A DNA stretch of 64,000 nt from Macrostomum lignano (taxonomy: Eukaryota): positions 744,001 through 808,000 of the forward strand of contig NIVC01000085.1 in the NCBI GenBank assembly GCA_002269645.1, read 5' to 3'. The translations under genes were made by a program, and so were the position numbers. Below are positions 50,661-61,728 of the stretch, piece after piece. The notes beneath the pieces are model-generated. The model was given only the letters and a program-made list of their open reading frames with translations. It was not told the DNA's origin and searched no databases. Numbering within the stretch: position 1 is the first letter of the stretch; every line of letters begins with the position of its first letter.

Positions 50661-52136
50661 GGACTGCTATAGCTGCACTCAAACTCTATATGGATGTCTC
50701 TACAACAAAAAACATTTAGCACCACTGCAAAGTGAGAGAACCTAGCTACTGTACATGTAACTACCGTATTTCATTTTATTCCATATACATGTAAGTCATA
50801 TAGCTTTGATAAATATATATCATGCTTTATTTCAAACTCTGTAACGAATTTTATACGAATTTCTTATATTACAGTTTTTAAAAGTTCCAACTAGTAAACT
50901 GCAACGTGTCTGTTTTTTTAATAACTGTATTTTAGTGCTTAAAGAACTTTATTTTGCGTTAGTTCGCTATTTTTACTCATATTTTAAAGCAAAAAATAGA
51001 TTGCATACTGCATTATCATGAAAAAAGTATAAACGCTTCTATTTTGTCACCAAGGAAAAATCGGTAAAATTTCACACTCGATACAGTGTAAATGTTCTGA
51101 AACCACCTCCGGTAAGTGAGTGGAGCGGTTAATCGGTGAAATATGAAATGCGCAATTTTGGCGTTCACGAAATAAAGTTCTGTGCTCTGTAGATCTTTTA
51201 AAACTTACTGCTTTATAAATGTGAAATAACGGGCTTTACATACTACTTTACTAATGGCAGTAGCGCAAGCTCTGCGATTAGGTCGCAATCAGGCCCCGCG
51301 CAACCGTAAGTCAAAAGAAGAAGTAGTCAACAGAAATTCGCTGAGGAGACACCGGCGGCCGGTATCTCGAAAGAAGGTGCGAAGCTCACGGCCGTTGTCC
51401 GGGTTGGTTAGCTCGTCCATCCGCTGGTTAATGTGGCCGAGGTGTTTTGAGCCGTGCCTTTTTGAATCAAGGACAGAAGGTCCGCGGTCTTCTCTCTCCT
51501 ATGCCACAGGGAAAGACAGGTGGGAGAGGGATCAAACCGCTTTGCAACAAAATATCTTTGGAAGGAAGATGGCAATTAAGACCCAATGACCACTAGAAGT
51601 TACTGGTAACTTCTGCATGTATATATGTATAGTGGTTCTTGTAAGGATCTTGCATATCTGCCTGAGATCGGTTCTGTTACATGTAAGTGAGAACAACAGA
51701 TATTCAGAGACTTTCCTGTTCAGGTTTGGGCATCGCAGAGCGGGTCTTCCTGCTTGGCCTAGCTGTATTCGGTGCAACACTAGCCTGTTCCACTGGAGCT
51801 GCATGGTGTTGCTGGTGGTGCCACCTGTAGCTGCTGATATGCGGTTGTTTGCAACCTAGGCATGGGTAGCCTCATCAGACTCATGGTTGACTCAAATGGT
51901 TGACTCAAAAAGCCGCATATGGGTAGCTGCCCGGCAGCTCCTTGGCGAGAGAATCCGCGAGATCGCTGCCCAATGATATATTACTACTGTCGAGAAAAAA
52001 ACTTTGATCATGACAGATTATCCAACTTTTGTTATGCCAAAGAAATGAAAAGTGCCTGGTTTAAGTTTTCACCGGATTTCTGTTGGTTTCTATTAAAGCA
52101 GGTCATTTCTGCTTGCTTTAGTCCATGCTCAGCTCT

Positions 52137-52471
52137 GGACTCAGAGATGTCAGAGATGCCTGTGGCCGCGGCGAACAGCTGGAACTGAGCCAGCCACTTG
52201 CTCCACTTTGTGTGCCGCACGAGGGGCTCCTCGCGCAAGTTCAATGGAGGCGGGGTCGGTAGGCCTGCCTGCGACGCCATTGTAGTGCGCTTGTGTCGGT
52301 GTAGAAGTTGGGCTCTCATGGCATATATATACTAGTTTGAGTACATGCGAGCTAGTGAGCACAACGTGCCACTGTTGCGTAACAGTGCAAGAGCGTACGC
52401 GCGATGCAAAGGCACGTGGGGGGAGGCTAGAGCGAGAGCCAAGGAGAGACCCGACATAACAGTGCACTACA
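52137..52471 (-). mobile_element. Gypsy 5' LTR, PBS and gag N-terminus fragment
   Basis: A 191-bp LTR at 52281-52471 has 8-bp inverted termini TGTAGTGC...GCACTACA. On the minus strand it is followed by A-TGGCGTCGCAGG (PBS-like, overlapping the ATG) and MASQAGLPTPPPLNL...WSKWLAQFQLFAAATG (gag-like). It replaces the WSC D-equivalent body in this paralogous unit. Confidence 0.72.
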
Positions 52472-52998
52472 CATTGTATCGCCCAGCAGGCAGTCGACGA
52501 AATGCCGAGGGCGGAGCACTCATCCTCGACAGTTGAGTGCCTGCAGCATCATTTGCACCAGCTGTGAGCATTTCGACTCGTCGCAGATGATGAGGCCTGT
52601 CAGCTGGAGTCGCCAACGGCACAACAGGCTGCTTGAACGAACCAGATTGCCATGTAGGTGACACGCTTATCGCCTTATACTACTGTGTGCTTATAAGGGG
52701 TGTTTCTGAAGGTCCACCGGGCTGATGACCTCCTCTATGTCGTGGTAACAGCTTCAGGCCGATGATAGCATTTTCGATGTGTATGCTGCAGTGTTAGTGG
52801 ATACTGTAAGAAGTGAGTCCAGATAGGTAGATTGGTTGGTTGGATCAGAGATGGAGTTGGAGATAGGGTTGGCTTAAGTAGACATATTTTGTATGAAAAG
52901 AAATTATTGCCAGTCGCTCTACTGAAAGTAGCATTGATTAAATAAGCGGTCATATTACGCAAAGTAGTGGAACTTCAAACCGCAAAACGAGCTCGTAG

Positions 52999-53002
<4 letters not shown>

Positions 53003-53036
<34 letters not shown>

Positions 53037-53063
53037 TGTGTATGTGTGTGTGTGTGTGTGTGT
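53003..53063. repeat. Compound (AG)n(TG)n microsatellite
   Basis: Read directly from the sequence. Confidence 0.9.
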
Positions 53064-53335
53064 ACATTTAGTTAGACAACTGAGATTGAGAGGGAAAAAC
53101 TTGAGGCGAATCGCAATTGCCTTCGCCCAATGCCTTCGGTCGTGGGGTACCAGTTACTTCTGACACAGCACGTTGAATTGTTGAATAAATGTGAGGTTTT
53201 CCGTCAGTTCCTCAACACATTTTCCTTGCGCTCTCCTAAATAATGTTCAAAGGGTCTTCAGAGTAGTTGAATCTGTTATTCAGAATTTATAATTGCAGAA
53301 GCGGTAAACGCGTCTGACTCTCGATCACACGACCG

Positions 53336-53425
53336 TCTGGCCACTTAAGCGGACCCGAGTGGACTCTGTTCGTGCCTGGCTGAGCTCGAGCGGTGAGGTG
53401 ACCGACTGGCTCAGTTGATGAGCTG
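53336..53425 (+). pseudogene. Inverted fragment (I) of the WSC-PAN gene 3' end
   Basis: Reverse complement of about 54004-54092 with few mismatches; paralog of fragment E. Confidence 0.75.
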
Positions 53426-54044
53426 TTGGACAAAGATCTGTAGCGAATCTCATCAAATCTTACGGAGTCAGTCTCCGAGAAAAATATGCACGGATGGGAC
53501 AAGAGGGTTGGGCCAGGAAAATTCGTGTACAGAGCCAGCTTGGACGGGTTGCACCGGTCACTATACTGGGTAGAAAGCGGAGCGCATCGCAGAACTCCTG
53601 TACAGCTTTTAACGGTTGTAGGCCCGGGGAGAGTTCAGAAATAAGTCGTGAAAAAATTGGAACTCTTTGGCACCCAATTGGCAACGTTTACATGAAGATC
53701 GAGTTCTCTGGAGTTTATCAAACTATGCTCCAAGATAGAGGGAAATCAAATTTTTTGCTGCAAAAAGCTCAAGGATTCCAAGGCGTCTGGTGAAATATCG
53801 AGCGGAAGTGTCACTATAGCTTCGAATGCATGTGGCACAAAACAATTCAAAGCAACGGATGCTTTAGTCAAATGTATAGCTTGTTTTTTGCAGTAGATAG
53901 AGTAAAACAATCGATAGTTCTAGGTTTTCAATTTAATTTGTCTCAAAAACGAGGCATTGATGCGCCAAAACCAGGTCGTTACAGTTTGCTTGAGTCCATG
54001 CTCAGCTCACCAAATGAGCCAGTCGGTCACCGCACCGCTCGAGC

Positions 54045-54779
54045 TCAGCCACGCACGAACAGAGTCCACTCGGGCCCGCTCAGGTGGCCAGGCGGGTACA
54101 CGAACTCCAGCAGGGGGCAGGCGAGCTCCTGTCGGGAGAAAACGGCGGCCCGGCAGTCGGCTCTGGCGCTGCAGCAGAGCAGGCAGTCCTCGACGGACTG
54201 GGCAGCGACAGGCCAAACGGAAGTGGTACCGGATGTCACAGCAGGGCTGGACTGCTTCACTACCGTGTAGGTGTTGCGGTCGGAAACTGAAATTGAACGA
54301 AAGTGCATGGTCTCATAATTCCATAATGACTGCCGTTACCGAGCAGTAAAATAAAATTACAAAAGTACCTGTGTAGCTCAGTGAGAACACAGAATTGTAA
54401 TAGTAACCGCAAACTTCTGCTGCTGGTTTCCGGAGCAAGCATTGCTGCAGTTGCCTTCACCCACCAAGCCATGGGATCCGTACGAGTTGCCGCAGTAGCA
54501 CTCTTTGCCGTGCTGCACACCGAAGTAGGCGAATTTTCTCGCCGAGTAGATGCCGTTGCACATCTCGTGCGACATCTCAGTGCTTAGCCATACTCGATCT
54601 TCACTAACGACATCAAATCCGCCAAGTTTGGTGAGCCCTCTGAGTCCCTTTAAGTCCCTGAGTGACCCATTGTCTTTATAGCAGCCCAGGTAGGAGAAGC
54701 GGGCGAGTCTGCAGGTGACGCAAGTGAGCAGGAGGGCAGCGCAGAAGAAAACGGGCAGAGCGGCTGCTGGACGGAACAT
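54045..54779 (-). pseudogene. Secreted WSC + PAN/apple-like gene, copy J (1-bp frameshift near 54410)
   Basis: Exons 54779-54368 and 54286-54045, with an 81-bp GT-AG intron. AAG TTT GCG GT stands where the paralogs have KCGG, and WSC Cys residues are replaced (GIYS, QKF). Confidence 0.8.
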
Positions 54780-56576
54780 TTCGCTGCTCGGTGAGAGGCT
54801 TGGGGTGACGGTTAGTTTCTGCAACGCTCCAGGTTTTAAAAGTGTCGAAACGTGACCGATTCAGATGGGAACGCTGTTTGACCAATTGGCGGTGTTTTGG
54901 AGAAGCGTGTCGCCCTCCATTGGGCAGTTAGGGATTTCTGATTTCCTACTCATACTTGAAGGGCATGCCAATCTTTGAGAACAAAATAGACAATTGGCAG
55001 AAATACACAGGGTCTAATTACCCCAGGTCCCGCACACAATGGTGTGGTGAACTAATTGTGCAGGATGAGTCCTGGTTTGGCCTCTTACCTTAGCCAGTGA
55101 TGCTCTCACCTGCCTCTATTCAGTGGGACGATAGTTCAAGCGACCTTGACTCCTATTTTGCACATTGCAAGGTGCACTTAGAAAGGTACTCGTGCCGCAG
55201 GTGTTAAGGCAGGCCTCCTGTGTCTTGTCGAGCTGATTAGTTGGCGTAGGTGGTCCTGGTAAGACCATAAACTCACCTCTAAGGTCCCAGTGCAACTCCG
55301 TGCCAATGGAAGCTTTACCAGAGAGCAGTCTGGTAGCTTAAGGTTCCCCATGGGCCCTTGAATCCGACGATATTGTTTCTTTAAGGATGCAGCTTGTGGC
55401 TCTGTGCATGTGTTCTCCAAGAAGTCACACCTTCATTGTCACTTTAATCCAATGGCTTCTATTCAAAGGGTGAAGTGGATCACACAGTGCCTCAGGCTTC
55501 GGACACAGACTCAAACCAGATGTCGTGATGCCAGTGTTGGTCGGTCCGGCCCTTATATACATTTAGATTATAATTTAGATATTTCCTCGTCAGGAACGGT
55601 GACCCAAACGCCGGCGGTCCGGAACTCGTGTCTGTCAATCTGTAGCAGATTAAGACATTTGAGGAACTTCGTACGAGCGTATGCTCAAGAAGCCACATTG
55701 TCTTATAGTAGTTGAAGTGCTCGCCGACTGAAATGGCCGATGCTGCTCGTTCCAGTGAGTTTTCTCAAAGGTCTCTACCTCCTTTGTCAACAAAGAGGTT
55801 TGCCGGCAGCGTAAACAATCAGCACAAAAAGTAGTTTTATGGGATTGAATAATAGTGTAGTTTGCCACAGACCGTTTTTTTGGACGTATTTTGCGCATCA
55901 TGCGCTCAGTGTAGTGCCTATAGTAGCATTTCTAGCATTCAAAAGCAGTGTTTAACTTTCTTTGTAAAAAATATTAAAACATTTGACCAGCAGACAAGCC
56001 TAACAAAAGTATAAATGCTTAACAGACAAGATTTTTTTGTAGGGGCCGCAACCACAAAGTGACGTCAGTGTAAGCGATAAATTCAATTTAGACTACTGAG
56101 AAATGTATACAAATAAAAATTTGAATCGTAAAATGTCTTTTTAAACACAGTGTGGTCCGAAAAAAATTTTAGCCATAAAAGAAACGTTTGGCAATGGCTG
56201 AGCGATAAGACAAAACACTCCGTCTGACTCAGCGAGGTTTTATCCCCCCCCTCCAAATTTTAGTGTGTCACAGTTGATATCAGCGTTCAAAACTCAGCCT
56301 TCAGCGGAGAACGACGTGGTTGCAGCCGCCACCAGATAAGTCCGCAGGAACCCACGACCTTCGCACAGGGCGAAGGCCTGCATATCAATCACTCAAAGAG
56401 CTGCGCAACCAAGCTGTGAGGCCCACCAAGACATCAGAGCGACGGATCAAGACTACGAGTCGCTCCCCCCGGAGCCGTAAATATACCAAAAATATTGTGG
56501 AAGTGCAGCTCGTCTAACAAATAGTAGGAAAATAAACGTCAACAAAAACATAAAAAGTAAACTTTGTTTAATTCTA

Positions 56577-56614
56577 GCCAACGCGTTTCGTCAAACACAA
56601 GACGTCGTCAGGGC
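56577..56614 (-). ncRNA. Minimal type I hammerhead ribozyme motif (sense copy in 3' pseudo-LTR)
   Basis: The minus strand reads GCC-CTGACGA-C-GTC-TTGTGTTT-GAC-GAAA-CGCG-TT-GGC: core CUGANGA/GAAA, stem II GTC/GAC, stem I GCC/GGC and palindromic ACGCGT stem III. Confidence 0.72.
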
Positions 56615-57262
56615 AAATTCACTCAACCTAAGATCACACCACCAATATATTTAAGCAAAAATCACTGTACAGTCCAGAGGCGGGTCAAAACAGTCCGGTA
56701 GAATTTAGAAAGTGCCAAGTACACAACAAAGTGAGAGAGAAAAAAAAAATAAAAAAGGCACGGCTCTGCTCACAGTACTCTTAGCTCACGCTCCACCCCA
56801 TTGCCAGCAAGCTGCACATTCAGGTTGGGTTTGTGCATTCTGATATACGAAGCTTCGATAATCTTAAGCTTATGGTCAAATTTGCACCCATCCAGCACTT
56901 AAAAGAGCTGAATCGGTTCACCGTCACAGCATTTTTTACAAACAAGCAGATGGTCATTAATCGCAGAGCTTTTTAGCCAATGTTCCCTAGCTCTAGTGTG
57001 CAGGTGTCGCTTCGTTTTTCCAATGTAGGAAACGCTCTGATCCTCAGAGCAGCGAAATTGGTAAACAACACCAGCCCTTAGAGCAAGTGGAACAGCTGAT
57101 TGCCAAGTACCAAGTGCCAAGTACATAACAACTCTCACTTTGTTATGTACTTGGCACTTTCTAAATTCTACCGGACTGTTTTGACCCGCCTCTGGACTGT
57201 AACAGTGATTTTTGCTTAAATATATTGGTGGTGTGATCTTACACACCATGTTGATTGAATTT

Positions 57263-57300
57263 GCCCTGATGACGTCTTGTGTTTGACGAAACGCGTTGGC
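57263..57300 (+). ncRNA. Minimal type I hammerhead ribozyme motif (inverted copy)
   Basis: GCC-CTGATGA-C-GTC-TTGTGTTT-GAC-GAAA-CGCG-TT-GGC. It differs from the other copy only at the variable N7 position. Confidence 0.72.
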
Positions 57301-57800
57301 TAGAATTAAACAAAGTTTACTTTTTATGTTTTTGTTGACGTTTATTTTCCTACTACCAAAAATATCGTCTGTTATAGAATTAGGCAATTGCTGCAGAGTT
57401 AAGTTTTTCATTAAATCCAGTTTTAACCAGTCACCGAGCTGTTTTACTTTTTCAATTCTATCCACCTATACTATAAACCAGGGGTCGGCAAACTTCGGCA
57501 CGAGCCTCTCTATCCGGCCCTCCGGTCCGCCGAACTTCACTATGGCAATCCGGCCCTCTCAATTCTTTACGCTAAATTCTTTTTAAAGGGTAAACCCGCT
57601 TGGCGAAAACTTCCAGTCTATAGAGCACAAAACTCACAAAGCTGCAGTTTTTGTCAGACAAAAGAACTGAAAAGAACTGTGAGCTATGGGTTTAATAACT
57701 CATGGTGGCTGTGCAGTATCTGCGAGCCTTGTCTCATATCCGTCGGTGTATCCTAACCCTAAGCTATGGCGGAGTCTTTTGAATGCGTGCTCCATCTATT

Positions 57801-57985
57801 CCGATGGAGAAGAGAGCCTGCAACTCTTCTCTCCGATGGAGAAGAAGGATGGATTCTCTTCTCTCTCTCTCTGCAACTCTCCGATGGAGAAGAGAGCCTG
57901 CAACTCTTCTCTCCGATGGAGAAGAAGGATGGATTCTCTTCTCTCTCTCTCTGCAACTCTCCGATGGAGAAGAGAGCCTGCAACT
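57801..57985. repeat. 80-bp tandem repeat (about 2.3 units)
   Basis: CCGATGGAGAAGAGAGCCTGCAACT recurs at 57801, 57881 and 57961, but is single-copy at the paralogous site about 42248. Confidence 0.9.
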
Positions 57986-58278
57986 AAAAAGGTCGCACTA
58001 AAAGCCATAAAAAATTGCATATTCTATCGTAAGCAAACGATCCTATTCATGAACAGGCGCTGCTTCGGTTGAATGCTCTCTATATAACTAAGTTGACTAT
58101 TCAAAGCTCTCATTTAATTCAATGCGCACGAAAACAGTGAATTCAATTGTCTGCCAGCCAAGTTTGCGCGGATATATAGATGCAATATCTCTCAAGCTTA
58201 TAAATTAGGATTGCTTCGTGTGCCATGAAAGACACAAATTTCCACGTCTCGTTTGAGTCTCACTGCTAAAGCTAGACG

Positions 58279-59340
58279 ATGCAAACTTTTACGTTGGTCT
58301 TCGGCATCAGCGCTTTGCTTCTAGCCGCCTCACAGCAGGTGGACTGCGTGTTCTGTCCGCCAGGATGGCTGTTGACAACCTCGCGCGGACTGTGCATCGG
58401 GACTCCGTCATTTCAAGCCGCTGCAGGCATCCGGGCAGCTACGGCCGCTGATTTCTGCGGCAGAGCCGTCAGGCAGGCTGGTCTGGCGAGTACAGCAGCC
58501 GACCCGGATGTGCTTCGGTTGGGGCAGAAGCTGGCGAAGGGACGGCGGCTGTGGGTTTCCGGCTGTGCGAAGGCTTCGATCGAACGGAATGGGTAAGGCT
58601 GCTGTCTAGTTCTGTTTTTCGGGGGTTCAGCATTTAGCACGGCTGCCGACTCTCACGGCTCATCAGGGGTTCGATTCCCGTGTAAGCGCTAGCTGGCCTC
58701 ATAAGTTAAGGTCTCCTGCAAGAAAATGCGATCCCGGGGCTTGTCATACTATCAATGACCATGAGGGCCAACCACCCCAGGCACAGAGCGGGTCAGGGTT
58801 GCTGCACACAGTGCCGAAAGTCCCCCTAGACACTTGATGACTATAATATTTTGTCCATCGGTTTCTGTGGAAAGCTTCTGAGGGTCACCTTTATTGATCA
58901 ATTAAACGAATCCAAACCGTATAACCTCTCCGAAATGTCGCAATTGTTGCAGTGAAAGTCATCAGTGCTGCGCAATCAATCCCGCTGATGGAAACATCAC
59001 GCCAACAGCTTGTTCGGAGCTGCTCCCTCCTCTGTGCTCCGCGCCTCCCTTGCTAAGCCGGCAGAAGCGTCAATACTCTTACTACTACTACTACTTATAC
59101 TCCACCACAACGCGTTCACCTTACTACGACTCGTACTATTACTCAAGCGGCGCTTATGTAGGATTAGTTATCGGTGTGATTTTGGCAATTTTAATACCAA
59201 TAGTGATTGTTGTGCTTGTGATCTGGTGCTGCTGCAAGTGCTGCAAAAGCAAGACGGTTGTCGTAAATCCAGTGCGTCAGCCTCAGCCTATGGGTATGGG
59301 AGTGAACATTGTGAATGTTCAGAATATGCAGCACCACTGA
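58279..59340 (+). CDS. CTLD-like type I membrane protein G6
   Basis: Exons 58279-58592 and 58953-59340 give 702 nt (234 codons). After RQKR it reads QYSYYYYYLYSTTTRSPYYDSYYYSSGAY-TM-WCCCKCCK-tail. Confidence 0.8.
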
Positions 59341-61362
59341 TTGAGGACTGCTGGCTAGACTGTTACTTTTGTAGCAATTGATACACTCAAACTTTATGAA
59401 TGTCCGTATAATTCAACAAAAAACCTAGCTTTTAGCGCCACTGCAAAGTGACAGGACCTAGTGTACCATGTACTTACTGCATGTACACATTTAGATTTGG
59501 TAAATATATTAATAATTGTTTATTTTTAACTGTAACGAATTTTATTCAAAGTTCTTATATTACAGCGCTTTTGAAAGTTTCAATTTATAAACCAAACGCT
59601 GATTATTTAAATAACTTCTGTATCACTTATAGTGTTTCAAAACTATATTGTAGTTCACCATTTTTACTCATGCAGTTTTACTCATAGAGCAAAAAATAGC
59701 GTATTTGAAATAATGCTGCAGTATCATGAGATATAAAATATATACACTTCTATTTTGTTTTTTTCACCAAGGAAAACTTGGTAATTCATATTCGATACAG
59801 TGTAAATCTTTTGAAAGCACCTCCGGTTTCGGGTTTTGTAAGTGAATGGAGAGCGGCGATCAGTGAAAGTATGTTAATTAAGTGCGCAAAATTTTGGCGT
59901 TCACAAAACAAAGTTCTGTGCTCTAAGATTTTTTTTAAAATTTACGGCTAATATAAAATGTGAAAAAGAATTCGTACACTATGCATAAAACTTACTAATG
60001 ACAGTAGCGCAAGCGCCGCGATTAAGCCGCGCGGCCCCGCGCAACCCCTTTGTAATTAATAATTAACCACAAGGACTAACCGGCCCCGTATAGTAGGTGT
60101 TTTAGGAGACGTGCCATGCCTTTTTAAATCAAGGGTATAAGGTGACGTGATGCACTTCGATACTCTCCTACATGTATATATGCCGTACAGGGAAAGACAA
60201 ATGGGAGGATCAAACCACTTTGCGACCAGATATCTCTGCTGCTAGAGCCTTATGGCAGTTTAGACCATTGATGAAGGAATAGAATTCTATTCCAGCTTCA
60301 TCCATGGTTTAGACCCAAAAAGGACTAAATAGTTTCCGGGTCCTTCTTAGGACCTTGCACATATCCCTAGCTGAGGTCGCGTTACTGATAAGTGAGATCC
60401 AGGGGACGGATATTCCGACTTTTTCTGTTCATGTTTGGACATAGCAGCTAGATGTAGCAGTCCGACCTGATCTACATATATACATCAAGGACAGCTGAAG
60501 TTACGTTATATATAGGACGCGACACTCAGCTTTCGTGGAAATTTTTTTGGAGGCCCGTAAGCCGTACAAAATTCTACGTACATAAGCTTAGGATTCGACC
60601 GCTACCAACGAAGTGCCTATCAACAATGTACAAGGAATATCTAGGCAATTGGCAAACATTTTTCTAAAAGGACTAGTACGGAGAGAATCAGCCATCTGTC
60701 GTGATGCTCCAAATCCTCAAAATCGTAGGCTGCGAAAGCTTAGATTAGCTTTCTACGTGCAACTATTCGAAAATTACATACATGTGATCGAAGACCAGGC
60801 CTCCAATAAAAGTTACACGATACGCGAGTGTTGCGTCCTACTACTTCAGTTGTCCTTGATATACGTCTAACTGCCCAGCGATCCTTGGCGAGAGACCGTG
60901 AGATCATCGCCCAACCAACAAGCTAGGATAATACATGTACTGTACGTAGATATCACTGTGTGACGAATTTGAGAATTCAAGAAGTTCATAATTTAAATTT
61001 AACATCAGGGTTTTAGCTAAAAGGCTTGTTTTAACAACAATAACTATAGTTGTAAAGGTTTTTTGGAAAGAATTTATTAGTTAGTGTTAAGTACGTACAA
61101 TATTTAAAAACAGACTTATTGAACTTTAATGAATAGTTTTATTTTTTAGTAAATTAGCTACTTTTTAAATCAACTTTCATGACACTTTCTGTCAACTTAC
61201 CTAGTGTTAAATTCATTCAAGTAGCGTATCGTCTCAATTCAATGTTGTGTTGAAGGTTGAAGCCTGCCCATTTTGTCCAAGCAAAAGCATGGACATGAAA
61301 GTAAAATATATTTTAGTCATACCGAAATTTATATATTTAGTAGAAATTTTCTTGGATTTATG

Positions 61363-61728
61363 CAGGGTTTTTTTTGTGCGCAGAGTGTGTGTATGCACCC
61401 TAAATTTTAAAATCGCACCCTGAAATTAAAAAAGTAGGTGCGGTCTTATAACCATTTTTCTTTAAAGGCTTAACCATACTTAAGCTATTTTTCATGCACT
61501 GCCTTAAAATATGAAACAAAAGAACTCTTTAAATCCTATTAAGTCATATAGGCGATATAGCCTATGCCATTGCTATAGGCTATAGCCTTATGTAAGATAT
61601 TAAAATATACATTCCCAGTTGTCTGAAACAAGACTCAAGAGAAATTGCACTCTGAGCCTTAAAATCGCACCTTGAAATTTAGCACAAGGTGCGATTTCGC
61701 ACCTTGTCTCTGGCGAAAAAAAACCCAG
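61363..61728. mobile_element. hAT-like MITE
   Basis: TIRs CAGGGTTTTTTT / reverse complement CTGGGTTTTTTT, perfect 8-bp TSD GATTTATG (61355-61362, 61729-61736), and internal CGCACC/GGTGCG repeats. Confidence 0.8.

Larger units (their letters stand above)
56496..57353 (-). mobile_element. Penelope-like element remnant: GIY-YIG endonuclease flanked by inverted pseudo-LTRs
   Basis: The minus strand at about 57075-56780 encodes VVYQFRC...YIGKTKRHLHTRAREH..SAINDH, then LKIIEASYIRMHKPNLNVQ after a frame break. An inverted repeat of about 220 bp spans 56521-56737 versus 57134-57355, and a 12-bp direct repeat TACCAAAAATAT lies at 56484-56495 and 57354-57365. Confidence 0.88.
34650..61320 (+). repeat. 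Array of segmental duplications carrying WSC-PAN(-)/CTLD-TM(+) units
   Basis: About 34650-43600 parallels about 52050-59400; about 26600-29490 parallels about 42340-44900; about 44330-48000 parallels about 59540-61320. Boundaries are approximate and were judged by eye. Confidence 0.8.
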
